64,000 nt of DNA, from the NCBI GenBank assembly GCA_964494945.1, contig CAZBTX010000002.1:38696-102695 (forward strand), written 5' to 3'. The notes under the pieces were generated by a model. The model saw only the letters and a program-made list of their open reading frames with translations, was not told the DNA's origin and searched no databases. Source of the DNA: an uncultured Candidatus Saccharibacteria bacterium. GTDB taxonomy: Bacteria; Patescibacteriota; Minisyncoccia; Sungbacterales; JACQCQ01. Every line of letters begins with the position of its first letter. Position 1 is the first letter of the stretch. The position numbers and the translations under genes are program-made. Shown piece after piece: positions 25,897 through 35,877 of the stretch.

Positions 25897-27783
25897 TTAC
25901 TTAACCACGCGCCAATCTTTGGCTGATGTCGTGGGGTCGCTTTTTAATTCCGTTGTCAGCGGCTCACCTGGCATTATTAAGTCCTGATTGGCAAAAATGT
26001 CGTGTCCTTTGGTTTCAATGGAGCTAACTAGCGCCGGTGTCTGGTTTATTTGATTTTCCCCGGGTGTGACACTGACAAGAAACGCGACCATGGGAGATGG
26101 TTTAATATTACCGGTTCCGGCGGGCACTGACCCTACTCGCCAAACTATGAGGCCAGACCCCTGGTCAAATGAAATTGAAGCATTAGAGGGATTTACCGTC
26201 CCCTCCCAAACGGCTCCGGGTGCCAATTTGCCGCGAACCTCAACGCCCGCGGTGTCATTAATGCTGTTAGCCAACTGCCAGATTATCACAAAACTGGTTT
26301 TCTGCCCTACTTTCGGCGGCAAGGGGCCCAGGGTCGGGATATATTGATTGTGGTACAGGGCCCGCGAGGAAAGTGTCAATTTCGTGGTGAATTTTGCCGT
26401 AATAATATCTTCGCTTGAAAGCAGAAGGCCTGATAGCCCCGCAGGTGCTTCGCCGGCGTTGATCACAGCACTTGAGGTAATGGTTGGGGTTTTTATATTA
26501 TCGGGAACTGTCGCTGATGTTCTTATGGAAAACTCCAGATCTCCCTCGCTTTTGGAAGGAAGCGAGGCGAAAGCCGGGAAGGAAGCGGCGTTCCAAACAA
26601 TTTTACCTTTAGCGCCATTGTATTCGCCGTCTTTTATTTCAAGTGTCGCCAGATCCAAAGTACTGTCGCCGAGCGCCACTTCCACGGAAATATTTTTAAG
26701 AGTAATGTCCAGATTGTTCTTGTAATGCAGTTGGAAGCGCAAACTATCACCGGGTTTTACCGTGATTTCTCTGGCTCCGTTGACTTTTTGCTCTATGGAC
26801 AAGGGTGGAGTAGCAATAGTTGAAATTTTCAAGGCTGTCTGATAGGGCATCCATTCTTTGGTAAGCGCGTTATACGGGCCGGCCTGGACCGTGAAGGTTT
26901 TGATCTCACCGGGGGCGCCGGAGATGGCGCCGTTAATGGTTATGCTGCCGGAATCCCCCGGAGCGATTGCTCCCAAAAACCAAACGGAGTCGCCCTCGCT
27001 GGGCGCGGGGTCAGCGGAAACAAAAGTAAATCCCGGCGGGTACTCAATACCCATATGCATATTTTCAAAGGGTGCTTGGGCATTAGAGGAATAATCAACG
27101 GTTATAACCACGTTTTGATTAGAGCGCAGATTGTCCGGCACGTTGATATTTAATACCAGTGGCACACGAACAATCTTGGTTTCGGCTTTGGCTTTAACGG
27201 CAAAACGCGCCGCGCCGTCCTCGGCGCGATACAATATAACGGCTTCAGCGGCTTTAACTTCCCCGGCTTTGCCGAAAAGTCGGGCTGAGACCTCAATGGA
27301 TTCTTCCTTGCCCGGCTCAATATCACCGAGGGTAATTCTTGTATGAAGCAGGTCAGTAGAATCTTCTTCGCGTTTTAGCGGAATGGAACCGCCAGGATAG
27401 GTGAACGAGAGTTCCACATCCTGCAGTTTTTTCGCGCCCTGATTTTTATATGAGACCTGATAGGTTGTTTTTTCGCCCGACTCTATCTCGTCTTTAACGA
27501 ATATACGAATAGTCAGGTCCTGCTTCTGAAATCCGAAAAAGAAAACACCGATAACGGCGAGAATCCCCACCAAAAAGACCGCCGCCGCAATCATCCCGAA
27601 CCTGAAGGATTTCCGCGGAGCATGACTTGGTGAAGGTTCTGCGGCGGTATTCCTCTGTATTTCTTCCCAGGATTTTTTGGTTTCGGTGTCGCCAATCTTA
27701 GGTCTACCGAAAAATTTCGGCTCAATTTCCGGCGTTTGGCCGGGCTCATAAAGAGAGTGTCTTGCGTCTTCCAATTTGCTCAT
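25897..27783 (-). CDS. Membrane-anchored protein with repeated beta-sandwich (DUF11-like) domains
   Basis: One TM helix near residues 62-83 and repeated YxN...W.LG.I.PG segments. Confidence 0.75.
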   Translation of the reverse strand: MSKLEDARHSLYEPGQTPEIEPKFFGRPKIGDTETKKSWEEIQRNTAAEPSPSHAPRKSFRFGMIAAAVFLVGILAVIGVFFFGFQKQDLTIRIFVKDEIESGEKTTYQVSYKNQGAKKLQDVELSFTYPGGSIPLKREEDSTDLLHTRITLGDIEPGKEESIEVSARLFGKAGEVKAAEAVILYRAEDGAARFAVKAKAETKIVRVPLVLNINVPDNLRSNQNVVITVDYSSNAQAPFENMHMGIEYPPGFTFVSADPAPSEGDSVWFLGAIAPGDSGSITINGAISGAPGEIKTFTVQAGPYNALTKEWMPYQTALKISTIATPPLSIEQKVNGAREITVKPGDSLRFQLHYKNNLDITLKNISVEVALGDSTLDLATLEIKDGEYNGAKGKIVWNAASFPAFASLPSKSEGDLEFSIRTSATVPDNIKTPTITSSAVINAGEAPAGLSGLLLSSEDIITAKFTTKLTLSSRALYHNQYIPTLGPLPPKVGQKTSFVIIWQLANSINDTAGVEVRGKLAPGAVWEGTVNPSNASISFDQGSGLIVWRVGSVPAGTGNIKPSPMVAFLVSVTPGENQINQTPALVSSIETKGHDIFANQDLIMPGEPLTTELKSDPTTSAKDWRVVK

Positions 27784-27793
27784 TGAGAATAAT

Positions 27794-27904
27794 TATACCC
27801 CGTTAGAAATAGCATAAAAAGAACGAGATATGATGTGGGAGCTATTATATAACTAAGAACGGTTAGTATCTAAATGCTGGCTGCTAAATTTCTAACGGGG
27901 TATA
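27794..27904. mobile_element. MITE-like element with 17-bp terminal inverted repeats
   Basis: tataccccgttagaaat...atttctaacggggtata. Confidence 0.7.
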
Positions 27905-27922
27905 CCCCAATATTCAGTAGGG

Positions 27923-28573
27923 TTATATCGCATTGGCGGTTTGATTAAGAAAAAGGAACCTAAATCCCAAATATCTTTCAAATGACTGCGATACAAGACG
28001 CAAAATGCGTTTAAGGTCTTCACTGGATAGCGACTCACCCAAGGCCTTTTGGATAGTAAATTCTTCGTAGCGTTTTACGTATTCTCTCAAGTTATCGTCA
28101 CTGACCAAATCTGTATCGCGCGATAGCGCATATCCTAAAACCGAGAGTAAATTTAAGAGAAACCAAATAAGCGCCCTGTCGTGCTCGGCATCGGGTATGT
28201 AATTCTCTGTATCAAGCAATTTAAAAAAATCCGAAAGTACCCGCCAGATCGCTTTATCTTCACCTTCAAAAGCGATGGTTGAGAGTATAGTAGCAGCGGA
28301 GGCGGCTAATCTCTGTTTTTCCAAAGACGACACTATACCCAAGTGGGAATCAATTAACGACGCGCCAATCAGGCGATAGCCGCCCCTTCCTTCAACCAGT
28401 GTTATCTCGGTCTCGCTGAATATCTCCAGATGGCCCTTAAGTTTGGCGGATATCTTGCGAACTCCTTGAGCTACCGCGCGAATTAGGCCGAAACGCTCCG
28501 TATAGAGCGAGAAACTCAAATCTGCTTCCCCTTTTTCGGTATGTCCCAAAACAAATGTCCGGGTGCGGTACAT
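27923..28573 (-). CDS. recO: DNA repair protein RecO
   Basis: GEAD...YTERFGLIRAVAQGVRKISAKLKGHLE. Confidence 0.9.
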   Translation of the reverse strand: MYRTRTFVLGHTEKGEADLSFSLYTERFGLIRAVAQGVRKISAKLKGHLEIFSETEITLVEGRGGYRLIGASLIDSHLGIVSSLEKQRLAASAATILSTIAFEGEDKAIWRVLSDFFKLLDTENYIPDAEHDRALIWFLLNLLSVLGYALSRDTDLVSDDNLREYVKRYEEFTIQKALGESLSSEDLKRILRLVSQSFERYLGFRFLFLNQTANAI

Positions 28574-28584
28574 AGCTACGAACG

Positions 28585-28686
28585 CAAAAAGTAAAAATTA
28601 AATATCAAAATTATGGTATCGCTTCGCGATTAATTTTTGAATTTTGACTTGTCATTTTGACTTTTGATTTTTGAATTTTGATTTCA
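28585..28686. repeat. Inverted heptamer-like arrays (TCAAAA/TTTTGA family)
   Basis: caaaaagtaaaaattaaatatcaaaat...ttttgaattttgacttgtcattttgacttttgatttttgaattttga. Confidence 0.75.
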
Positions 28687-31600
28687 CTAGCGGATACCTA
28701 ACCAAAGCTTCTCGCCGCCCAAAGGCAGTTCGCGTTCCACGCGGAATTTGCGCTTGCCGCCAACAATAATTTTTACAGTATTGGTCTCCGTTTTTATCTG
28801 TTTTTGCCATTCGTTGATGACCGCGATGCCCTTCTCCGACCCGGCGCACTGAACAATTATTTTTTCCTTGGGCTTTAATCCTAAGTCACGGCGCAATTCC
28901 TGGATATTGCGAATTATCTCTCTGGCTATGCCTTCTCTTCTTAAAACTTCGGTAACGGCGGTATCCAACACCACCCCCACTTTTGACAATTTTTTATCAA
29001 TTACGATCTTTTTCACGTTAACTTCTTCCTGAATAAGGTCCAGTAATTCCGGGTATCGGCTTAATTCCAGCGTTTTGATCCTTAATTCTCCGAGCGGTTG
29101 GCGAACTTTGACACCGGCTGCGGCGCGCGCTTTCAAGGCATCGGCCGCAATACCGCGAACCGTACCCATTTTTTTCTCAAGTTCTAATTTTTGAAGTGCC
29201 CCATTGGGCTTAGGCCACAAAACCAAGTGCACGCTTTCTTCCGAGAGCTGGATTTTCTCTTTTAACCCTTGGTGAACGGCTTCGGCCGCGTACGGCACAA
29301 AAGGCGCCAAGACCAGAACCAGAGTTTTAAGCACTTCAGCCGCAACACCGGCCACTTCTTCCTTTTCCCGCTTATTTTTAGGTCTTTGGAAGCGGCGGCG
29401 CGACCTTCGCAAATACCAATTGGAAAAATCGTCAACGGTAAATGATTCTATAAGGCGCGCCGCTGAAACAATATCGTACTCGTCCAAATGCTCGGTGACG
29501 GCGCTAACAAGCTTAGCGAGGCGCGAAAGTATCCAGCGGTCCAGAAGCGAGGTGGAGGTTTGCCGCGGCTTTACGCGGCCTTCGGTATAGGTGTCAAAAA
29601 GCACGAAGGAATTCCAAAACGTCCCCAAAAATCCGCGGAGTTTGCCCAGTATGTCCTTCTCGTCAAATTTTTTAGGGTCGCCGGGAGCGTTCACGGTGTA
29701 AAAATACCAGCGAATGGCGTCCGCTCCGTATTTTTCTATCATCTCCCAGGGATTTACCGCGTTGCCTTTGGACTTGGACATTTTCTGACCGTTCTTGTCC
29801 AAGACATGCCCCAGAGAAATCACGTTCTTGTAAGGAACGCCCTTGCCGAGCAGAGTTGACTCCGCCAGCAACGTGTAAAACCAGCCTCGGGTCTGGTCCA
29901 CCGCTTCGCAAATATAATCGGCCGGGAAGAATTTTTTCTTATCAACCAAATCCTTGTTCTCAAAAGGATAGTGGCTCTGGGCGAAAGGCATGGCGCCGGA
30001 GTCAAACCAAACGTCCGCCACTTCAGGCACCCTCGTTTTGATACCACCGCACGAACATCTGACCTTCAGCTCATCAACGTAAGGGCGGTGCAGGTCCACT
30101 TCACCCTTGGCGTTTAACGGCAGGGGTTTTGGTTCATATATCTCATACTCCGCCGGCGCCAAATATTCGCCGTGCGGCTGTTTCCACTGCGCCATCATTT
30201 CCCCCTCGGTCAGTCCTTTCATCATGGCAAGCATCATCCAAGCGGGATCGGCGTGCGTAACTATCAAGATGGTTTGGCCGCGATATTTTTTCTCCGTCTC
30301 GCGAAAAAAATCTTCCAAGCGGACTCTTACATCCAGAAGCGACTCCCCGCCCTCGGGGGACTTAGAGAGTTTATCGCGCGGCGTTCTGAATAATTTGCGG
30401 TAAGCGGCGGCCGATTCTCCGTTCATAACACCCGCCCTGATCTCGCGGAGGCGCGGGTCAAAATTGATACTTAACCCGCCTAAAACTTCCGACACGATCT
30501 CGGCCGTTTCTTTGGTGCGAGTAAGGTCGGATGCGAAAATATGACTTATATTCTCGCCTTTAAGATAATACGCGGCCTCGCGGGTAGCGTGCTTGCCCCT
30601 CTCTGTTAAACTAAACGGCGTGGCTTCGGGCCAGGAAACCACGATTTGTTTCATGATATTTTCCGATTCGCCGTGCCGCATCAAAATATACCGGTTCCCC
30701 GAGCTCATGGCCCGCTCCGAAAGCTCACTCACAGAGGAAACGACGAGTATATCGCCGCAGGCGTTGCACTTCCAAATAGGGAGCGTTGTGCCCCAATATC
30801 GTTCCCGGGAAAAAGCCCAGTCCTTTTCTTCTTTCAGCCATTCGCCGAATCGGCCGCGTTTTAAATGCGCGGGCACCCAATTTATCGTCTCGTTATTTTT
30901 TAAAAGCTCCTTGCGAACGGCGTTAACCCTCACCCACCAGGACGACCGAGCGTAATACAAAATCGGCGTTTCGCATCTCCAGCAAAAAGGATATTCGTGC
31001 TCGTAGGCCTCTTCACGGAACAATGAGCCGGCGCGCTGCAAATGCTGCAGTATCAAAAGCTCCGTTTCCTTGGCTTTGACGTATTTGCCGGCGAGTCCGT
31101 CGCCGAGAGCGCCGATGAATTTACCGGCATCGGTCACGGTATGCACGGTCGGGAGCCCGTAGCGCTTGCCTAATTTATAATCATCGTCGCCGTACATAAC
31201 GGCCGTATGCACAATACCCGATCCCTCATCGGACTTAACAAAGTCGGCCTCGTAAATTTTGTAAGAATTCGCGGAAACCAGCTCCGGCACGTCAAAAAGC
31301 GGCTGATATGAAAGTCCAATGAGTTCCCGGCCGGAGAACGGCACGCTGGCCTTAGAGTCCTTAGGCAGTACCCCGCGTTTCAAAAGCAATGGGAAATTTT
31401 CCTGGCCCACGACGACCCAGTTGCCCTTTTTTTCCGGGTCCGGAACTCTTACGTACTGCATGGACGGAGAGACCGCAAGCGCCAAATTCCCCGGCAAGGT
31501 CCAGGGAGTTGTGGTCCAGGAAAGCAGGGCTACATTTTTCCATCTGGGGTCCTGGCTGGTTAATTTAAACCGGATGTAAACCGAAGCGTCCACGATGGAT

Positions 31601-32277
31601 TTGTACCCCAGCGCCACCTCGTGCGACGAAAGCCCGGTGCCGCATCTGGTGCACCACGGCAAAACCTTGAAATCCTGGTACAGGAGATCTTTCTTCCAGA
31701 ATTCGGAAATTATCCACCACAGCGTTTCCATGTAAGAACGCTCATAAGTGATGTAAGGATTTTTTTCGTCCAGCCAAAAAGCGATGCGTTCCGTCAGTTT
31801 TTGAAATTCCTGGACGTACTGCCATACCGATTCGCGGCATTTTTCGTTAAATTGCCGAATGCCGAATTTTTCAATGTCTTGTTTGGTTTTGAATCCCAGC
31901 GCTTTTTCCACTTGAATTTCTACGGGCAGTCCATGCGTGTCCCAGCCGGCTCTTCTTGGCACATAATACCCCCGCATGGATTTGTACCGCGGGATGATGT
32001 CTTTAAAAACTCTGGCCTCCACGTGATGGAATCCGGGTGCGGCGTTGGCCGTTGGCGGACCTTCGTAAAACACGAAGGTCTTGCCACGTTTCCTGGATTC
32101 CAATGATTTTTCAAAAATGCGTTTTTCTTTCCAAAATTTTAAGGTCTTTTCTTCTCTTGCGACAACTTCCGATTTAGGGGCCTCGGGAGCGGGCGGAGAC
32201 GAAAAAACTGCGCCGGACACGGTGTTAAGTGCGTTCCTAAAATGCTTTTTAGCTGATTTGCCTTTCTCCGTCGGCAT
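28687..32277 (-). CDS. ileS: Isoleucine--tRNA ligase (type 2) with an inserted histidine-phosphatase domain
   Basis: FYEGPPTAN, GWDTHGLP, WTTTPWTLP, DQTRGWFY and KMSKS motifs, with an RHGES insert. Start at 32277 is inferred. Confidence 0.95.
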   Translation of the reverse strand: MPTEKGKSAKKHFRNALNTVSGAVFSSPPAPEAPKSEVVAREEKTLKFWKEKRIFEKSLESRKRGKTFVFYEGPPTANAAPGFHHVEARVFKDIIPRYKSMRGYYVPRRAGWDTHGLPVEIQVEKALGFKTKQDIEKFGIRQFNEKCRESVWQYVQEFQKLTERIAFWLDEKNPYITYERSYMETLWWIISEFWKKDLLYQDFKVLPWCTRCGTGLSSHEVALGYKSIVDASVYIRFKLTSQDPRWKNVALLSWTTTPWTLPGNLALAVSPSMQYVRVPDPEKKGNWVVVGQENFPLLLKRGVLPKDSKASVPFSGRELIGLSYQPLFDVPELVSANSYKIYEADFVKSDEGSGIVHTAVMYGDDDYKLGKRYGLPTVHTVTDAGKFIGALGDGLAGKYVKAKETELLILQHLQRAGSLFREEAYEHEYPFCWRCETPILYYARSSWWVRVNAVRKELLKNNETINWVPAHLKRGRFGEWLKEEKDWAFSRERYWGTTLPIWKCNACGDILVVSSVSELSERAMSSGNRYILMRHGESENIMKQIVVSWPEATPFSLTERGKHATREAAYYLKGENISHIFASDLTRTKETAEIVSEVLGGLSINFDPRLREIRAGVMNGESAAAYRKLFRTPRDKLSKSPEGGESLLDVRVRLEDFFRETEKKYRGQTILIVTHADPAWMMLAMMKGLTEGEMMAQWKQPHGEYLAPAEYEIYEPKPLPLNAKGEVDLHRPYVDELKVRCSCGGIKTRVPEVADVWFDSGAMPFAQSHYPFENKDLVDKKKFFPADYICEAVDQTRGWFYTLLAESTLLGKGVPYKNVISLGHVLDKNGQKMSKSKGNAVNPWEMIEKYGADAIRWYFYTVNAPGDPKKFDEKDILGKLRGFLGTFWNSFVLFDTYTEGRVKPRQTSTSLLDRWILSRLAKLVSAVTEHLDEYDIVSAARLIESFTVDDFSNWYLRRSRRRFQRPKNKREKEEVAGVAAEVLKTLVLVLAPFVPYAAEAVHQGLKEKIQLSEESVHLVLWPKPNGALQKLELEKKMGTVRGIAADALKARAAAGVKVRQPLGELRIKTLELSRYPELLDLIQEEVNVKKIVIDKKLSKVGVVLDTAVTEVLRREGIAREIIRNIQELRRDLGLKPKEKIIVQCAGSEKGIAVINEWQKQIKTETNTVKIIVGGKRKFRVERELPLGGEKLWLGIR

Positions 32278-32419
32278 AGCGGTCGCTCGATAGCTTTTTG
32301 GAAAACGCATGAAATCCCAGCGAGATTTCGTACTCACCACTCTCCTCGCCGTCCCTCGATAAACTCGGAGACCATGCCGACTCGTCGAGTGAGTGTTTCC
32401 ACAAAAGCTATCTTCGCTA
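32277..32419 (-). repeat. ~140-nt structured repeat, copy A, abutting the ileS ATG
   Basis: TAGCGAAGATAGCTTTT...AAAAGCTATCGAGCGACCGCTA. Confidence 0.85.
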
Positions 32420-32575
32420 GAGTGTTTTCTTAAGGTAGGCCTAAAAGGCCTTTTATTGAGTACCTTATCCTAACGGAAAAAAGATGAAAATGGAAGAGTC
32501 CCCTCGCTTCCCCTTGTTAAATAGCCGTCAACGTGGCACATTAAGGCAAATCCAGCTTCTGGAAGGAGGGAAAGA

Positions 32576-32908
32576 ATGGGCTTTCGAATGGAGATGAAAC
32601 GCGATGCAGTGAGAGGCGACGAGGTGCGCTTGAGCGAGTTCTCCGGGCCGGCTCATGTGATTCTGGAGGGAGCCGTCGTGGGTGGCGAAAGGGCCACGAT
32701 CGAGGTCAAGGCCGAGGGAGGAGGATTCCTTCTCACGCTAGCGAGGAAGCTCGAGGACGGCCGTGAGCAGAAACCTTTCATGGTCGGGGTTACAACTACG
32801 GGCCAGCTGGTGGTTGTGCATCCCGGCACCGGGTTCGTTGCGGACAGGTGCTGCCCGGACGTCTGGAGGACCAACCAGCCGACCTTTGCGGATGCGAAGA
32901 CGGCCTAG
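32576..32908 (+). CDS. Hypothetical protein
   Basis: SD aaggagg, 110 aa, terminator at 32918-32950. Confidence 0.7.
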   Translation: MGFRMEMKRDAVRGDEVRLSEFSGPAHVILEGAVVGGERATIEVKAEGGGFLLTLARKLEDGREQKPFMVGVTTTGQLVVVHPGTGFVADRCCPDVWRTNQPTFADAKTA

Positions 32909-32989
32909 GCCCGCTGTGGCGGGGGCGTCAGAGACGCCCCCGCCGTTTTTCTTCTTTAAAGCCCAACGGGCTACCTTGAGCAAATCTTA

Positions 32990-33134
32990 AGCGAAGATAG
33001 CTTTTCTGGAAACGCTGAGCGACGAGGCGGCATGGTTCACCGAGTTTTATGAGGTGACGCCGAGGAGCGACGCGAGTTTCAAATTCTCGCTGGGAATTTG
33101 AGACGTTTTCCAAAAAGCCATCGAGCGTCCGCTA
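32990..33134 (+). repeat. ~140-nt structured repeat, copy B, abutting the argS stop
   Basis: AGCGAAGATAGCTTTT...AAAAGCCATCGAGCGTCCGCTA. Confidence 0.85.
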
Positions 33135-34712
33135 CATCTCCTCCGGCGCTGACATCCCCAAAAGCCAAAGTGCACGCTTTAAGACGATTTGAGTCGCAAC
33201 AGCTAAACTAGTACGAGCTTCTTTTATATTATCTTCCGCGTCTAAAATCCGGTTCTTTTCGTAAAAAACGTGAAAAGCGTTGGCCAATTCGTAAACATAA
33301 TGCACCAAACGAGATATACGATAATCGCCAGCAATATCTTCCAATATTTCTGGAAAACGAACTAACTTAGATATCAGCGTTTTCTCGGAATCCGAAGAAA
33401 GCAGTGAAAAATCAAATTTATCCGGCATTACTGCTCCCTTCCTGAAAATGCTGGCAATACGCGCGTGAGCGTATTGCACGTAATAAACCGGGTTTTCTTT
33501 AGAATGTTTTTTCGCAAGCGCTATATCAAAATCAATGTGCGTTTCCGGATTTTTTTCAAGAAAGAAATAGCGAACCGCGTCCAGCCCAACTTCGTCAATC
33601 AATTCATCAATGGTCACGTACACTCCTTTTCGTTTTGACATCCTGCGTTCCACTCCGCCTTCCATCAAACGCACGAGCTGCATGATGACAACCTCGGATT
33701 TTAAGAGCCCAACAATCTGGGCAACGGCCTGAATGCGGCCGATATAGCCGTGGTGATCGGCTCCCAGAATTAAAATCTTTCGGTCAAAACCGCGCTCCTT
33801 GGTTTCCAAATAGTGACCGCCGTCAGCTAAAAGATAAGTGAGGAACCCGTCAGAGGTAACCAGAACACGGTCTTTATCATCGCCAAAATCAGTTGTTTTC
33901 AACCACTGCGCATTCTCGTTTTCATACACCAGCCCATTTGATTTCGCGAGCTCCAGAAACCGCCCAACGTATCCGGCTTTGTGCAAATTAGTATCTTCCG
34001 AGGTCCAGCGATCAAATTTAATTTTCATTTTTTCTTCAACAGCCGGCTGGATCATAGTGCGCAAAAAGTCAGCGGCCACTTTTTTACCAAGCGCTTCCGG
34101 GTCGTCTTTCAGGGTTACACACTCGTCTTTATGTTCCCCAGCCCATTCTGAAATATGCTCGCCCCTGTAATATTCTTCGCTATCGGGGACTAGACCGGTC
34201 GAAGCTAAAATTGCTAATCCCAGCGTTCGCACTTGATTTCCGGCATCGTTAATATAGTATTCGCGTTCAACTTCATATCCTCGCGTTTCTAAAACTTTAG
34301 AAAGCACATCGCCAAAGAATCCGCCGCGGCCGTTAGCGAGTGTTAAGGGGCCGGTGGGGTTGGCAGAGATGAATTCTACCTGGATTTTTTCCGAGCTGGT
34401 TCTTTGATTCCCGTAATTCTCCCCACTCCCCAAAATTTCATGGAAAGCTGATTCTTTGGCCTTGCTGGTCAAGGTAATATTCAAAAATCCCGGGGCGGCT
34501 ACTTCAACTTTTTCAATCAAATCGTCTAGCAATTTTCCTTTCAGCGCCGCGGCCAACTTCATGGGATTTTCTTTCCTATCTTTGGCCAAAACTAAAGGCA
34601 AATTCGTGGCGTAGTCCCCGTATTCGGGCCTGGGCGGTTCGGACAGCGAAAACTGAATATCGTCGCCGATGCCCGCAATTTTCTTTAATATATTCCTAAG
34701 TTTTTCCCGCAT
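33132..34712 (-). CDS. argS: Arginine--tRNA ligase
   Basis: GDYATN, EFISANPTGPL, GADHHGY, MSKRKG and YVQYAHAR motifs. Confidence 0.97.
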   Translation of the reverse strand: MREKLRNILKKIAGIGDDIQFSLSEPPRPEYGDYATNLPLVLAKDRKENPMKLAAALKGKLLDDLIEKVEVAAPGFLNITLTSKAKESAFHEILGSGENYGNQRTSSEKIQVEFISANPTGPLTLANGRGGFFGDVLSKVLETRGYEVEREYYINDAGNQVRTLGLAILASTGLVPDSEEYYRGEHISEWAGEHKDECVTLKDDPEALGKKVAADFLRTMIQPAVEEKMKIKFDRWTSEDTNLHKAGYVGRFLELAKSNGLVYENENAQWLKTTDFGDDKDRVLVTSDGFLTYLLADGGHYLETKERGFDRKILILGADHHGYIGRIQAVAQIVGLLKSEVVIMQLVRLMEGGVERRMSKRKGVYVTIDELIDEVGLDAVRYFFLEKNPETHIDFDIALAKKHSKENPVYYVQYAHARIASIFRKGAVMPDKFDFSLLSSDSEKTLISKLVRFPEILEDIAGDYRISRLVHYVYELANAFHVFYEKNRILDAEDNIKEARTSLAVATQIVLKRALWLLGMSAPEEM

Positions 34713-34908
34713 TGGCTTCAGTTTACCCCCACACCAAAAATTCCCCAAATATAACGGCGGCGTCCTAAATTAGCTATTTATAATTTGTTCATAGAAAAAG
34801 AATCTGCCGCAATCTCTTTGCGGTAGTATGGGAATAAACTGGAACTTTACCCCAAAACAAAAGGGCGCCGCGTGCGTCCGCGGGCGCCCCGAGCCGACTG
34901 TCTGATAT

Positions 34909-35286
34909 TCACTTGGGGATTGAGTAGATTGCCCAGCCGACAGCGACAACTACACCCAGAACCGCGAGAACCAACACTCCGGCTAACACCCGCAAACACC
35001 ACGCCTTCGTCCAGCCAGTCAAGCATTGTATCTCGTCTATGTCCCCCTCAACCTCCGGGTGCGGGTTTCCGGCCAATACCTTGTCCTGGTCTCCGGTCAT
35101 GAGTCCTTCTCCTTTCTTCGGTAAACCGAGTTCTAACTGTTGGCGCGCCTTTTCTCGTTTTATCAGGTACTGGCTTTTTTCTTCACCAGAGACAAAACGT
35201 TTCCAGCGATGGATGATGCGTTCACTGACCCCGAATAGAATCACTCTGACTAAGAAGACCCAGGCCGTGAATCGGTTCTTGAACAC
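34909..35286 (-). CDS. Hypothetical membrane protein
   Basis: SD aaggagg before GTG and a C-terminal TM helix. Confidence 0.55.
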   Translation of the reverse strand: MFKNRFTAWVFLVRVILFGVSERIIHRWKRFVSGEEKSQYLIKREKARQQLELGLPKKGEGLMTGDQDKVLAGNPHPEVEGDIDEIQCLTGWTKAWCLRVLAGVLVLAVLGVVVAVGWAIYSIPK

Positions 35287-35372
35287 CCGGGACCTCCTTC
35301 TCGTGAAATTGGCTCACTAACTTACTTAAGGAAGGGTTAGCGAAACTAGGACGTGTTAAAGTTAAAGGTAGC

Positions 35373-35819
35373 ATGGAGCCCTACGCCGTCAATAGAAAAG
35401 CGTCTTTTGACTATGAGATCCTGGAGACATACGAGGCGGGCATTGAGCTTTTGGGATTTGAGGTGAAAGCCGTACGAGCCGGGCACGTAAATCTTGCCGG
35501 CGGTTTTGTAATCCCGAGGGGACACGAGCTTTGGCTCACCAACGTTTCCATACGCGCTTATCAGCCGCAAAATACCCCGCGAGGATATGATCCAGAGCGC
35601 CCTAGGCGGCTTTTACTGCATAAATCAGAGATCGCGACCTTAATTGGGAAGTCCCGAGAAGCCCGCTTGACCCTAATTCCCCTCCGTGTATATAGTAAAG
35701 ACCGGCGGATAAAGGTTCTCGTGGGCATTGCCAGAAAGAAACGTAAAGAAGACAAACGCGAAGCCATTCGCCGTCGGGACACGGAAAGAGAAGTGCGGAG
35801 AACTTTGTCCGACAAATAA
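35373..35819 (+). CDS. smpB: SsrA-binding protein
   Basis: NRKASFDY, EAGIELLGFEVK, RRLLLHK and DKRE motifs. Confidence 0.97.
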   Translation: MEPYAVNRKASFDYEILETYEAGIELLGFEVKAVRAGHVNLAGGFVIPRGHELWLTNVSIRAYQPQNTPRGYDPERPRRLLLHKSEIATLIGKSREARLTLIPLRVYSKDRRIKVLVGIARKKRKEDKREAIRRRDTEREVRRTLSDK

Positions 35820-35877
35820 CCAATAACTAATAACCGCGTGCTATTTATTATTTGCTATTAGTTATTCGTAGAAACAC

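Noticed and set aside
32277-32419. T-box riboswitch upstream of ileS
   Set aside because: No UGGNACC T-box sequence, and the homologous copies lie at the argS stop and antisense to topA.
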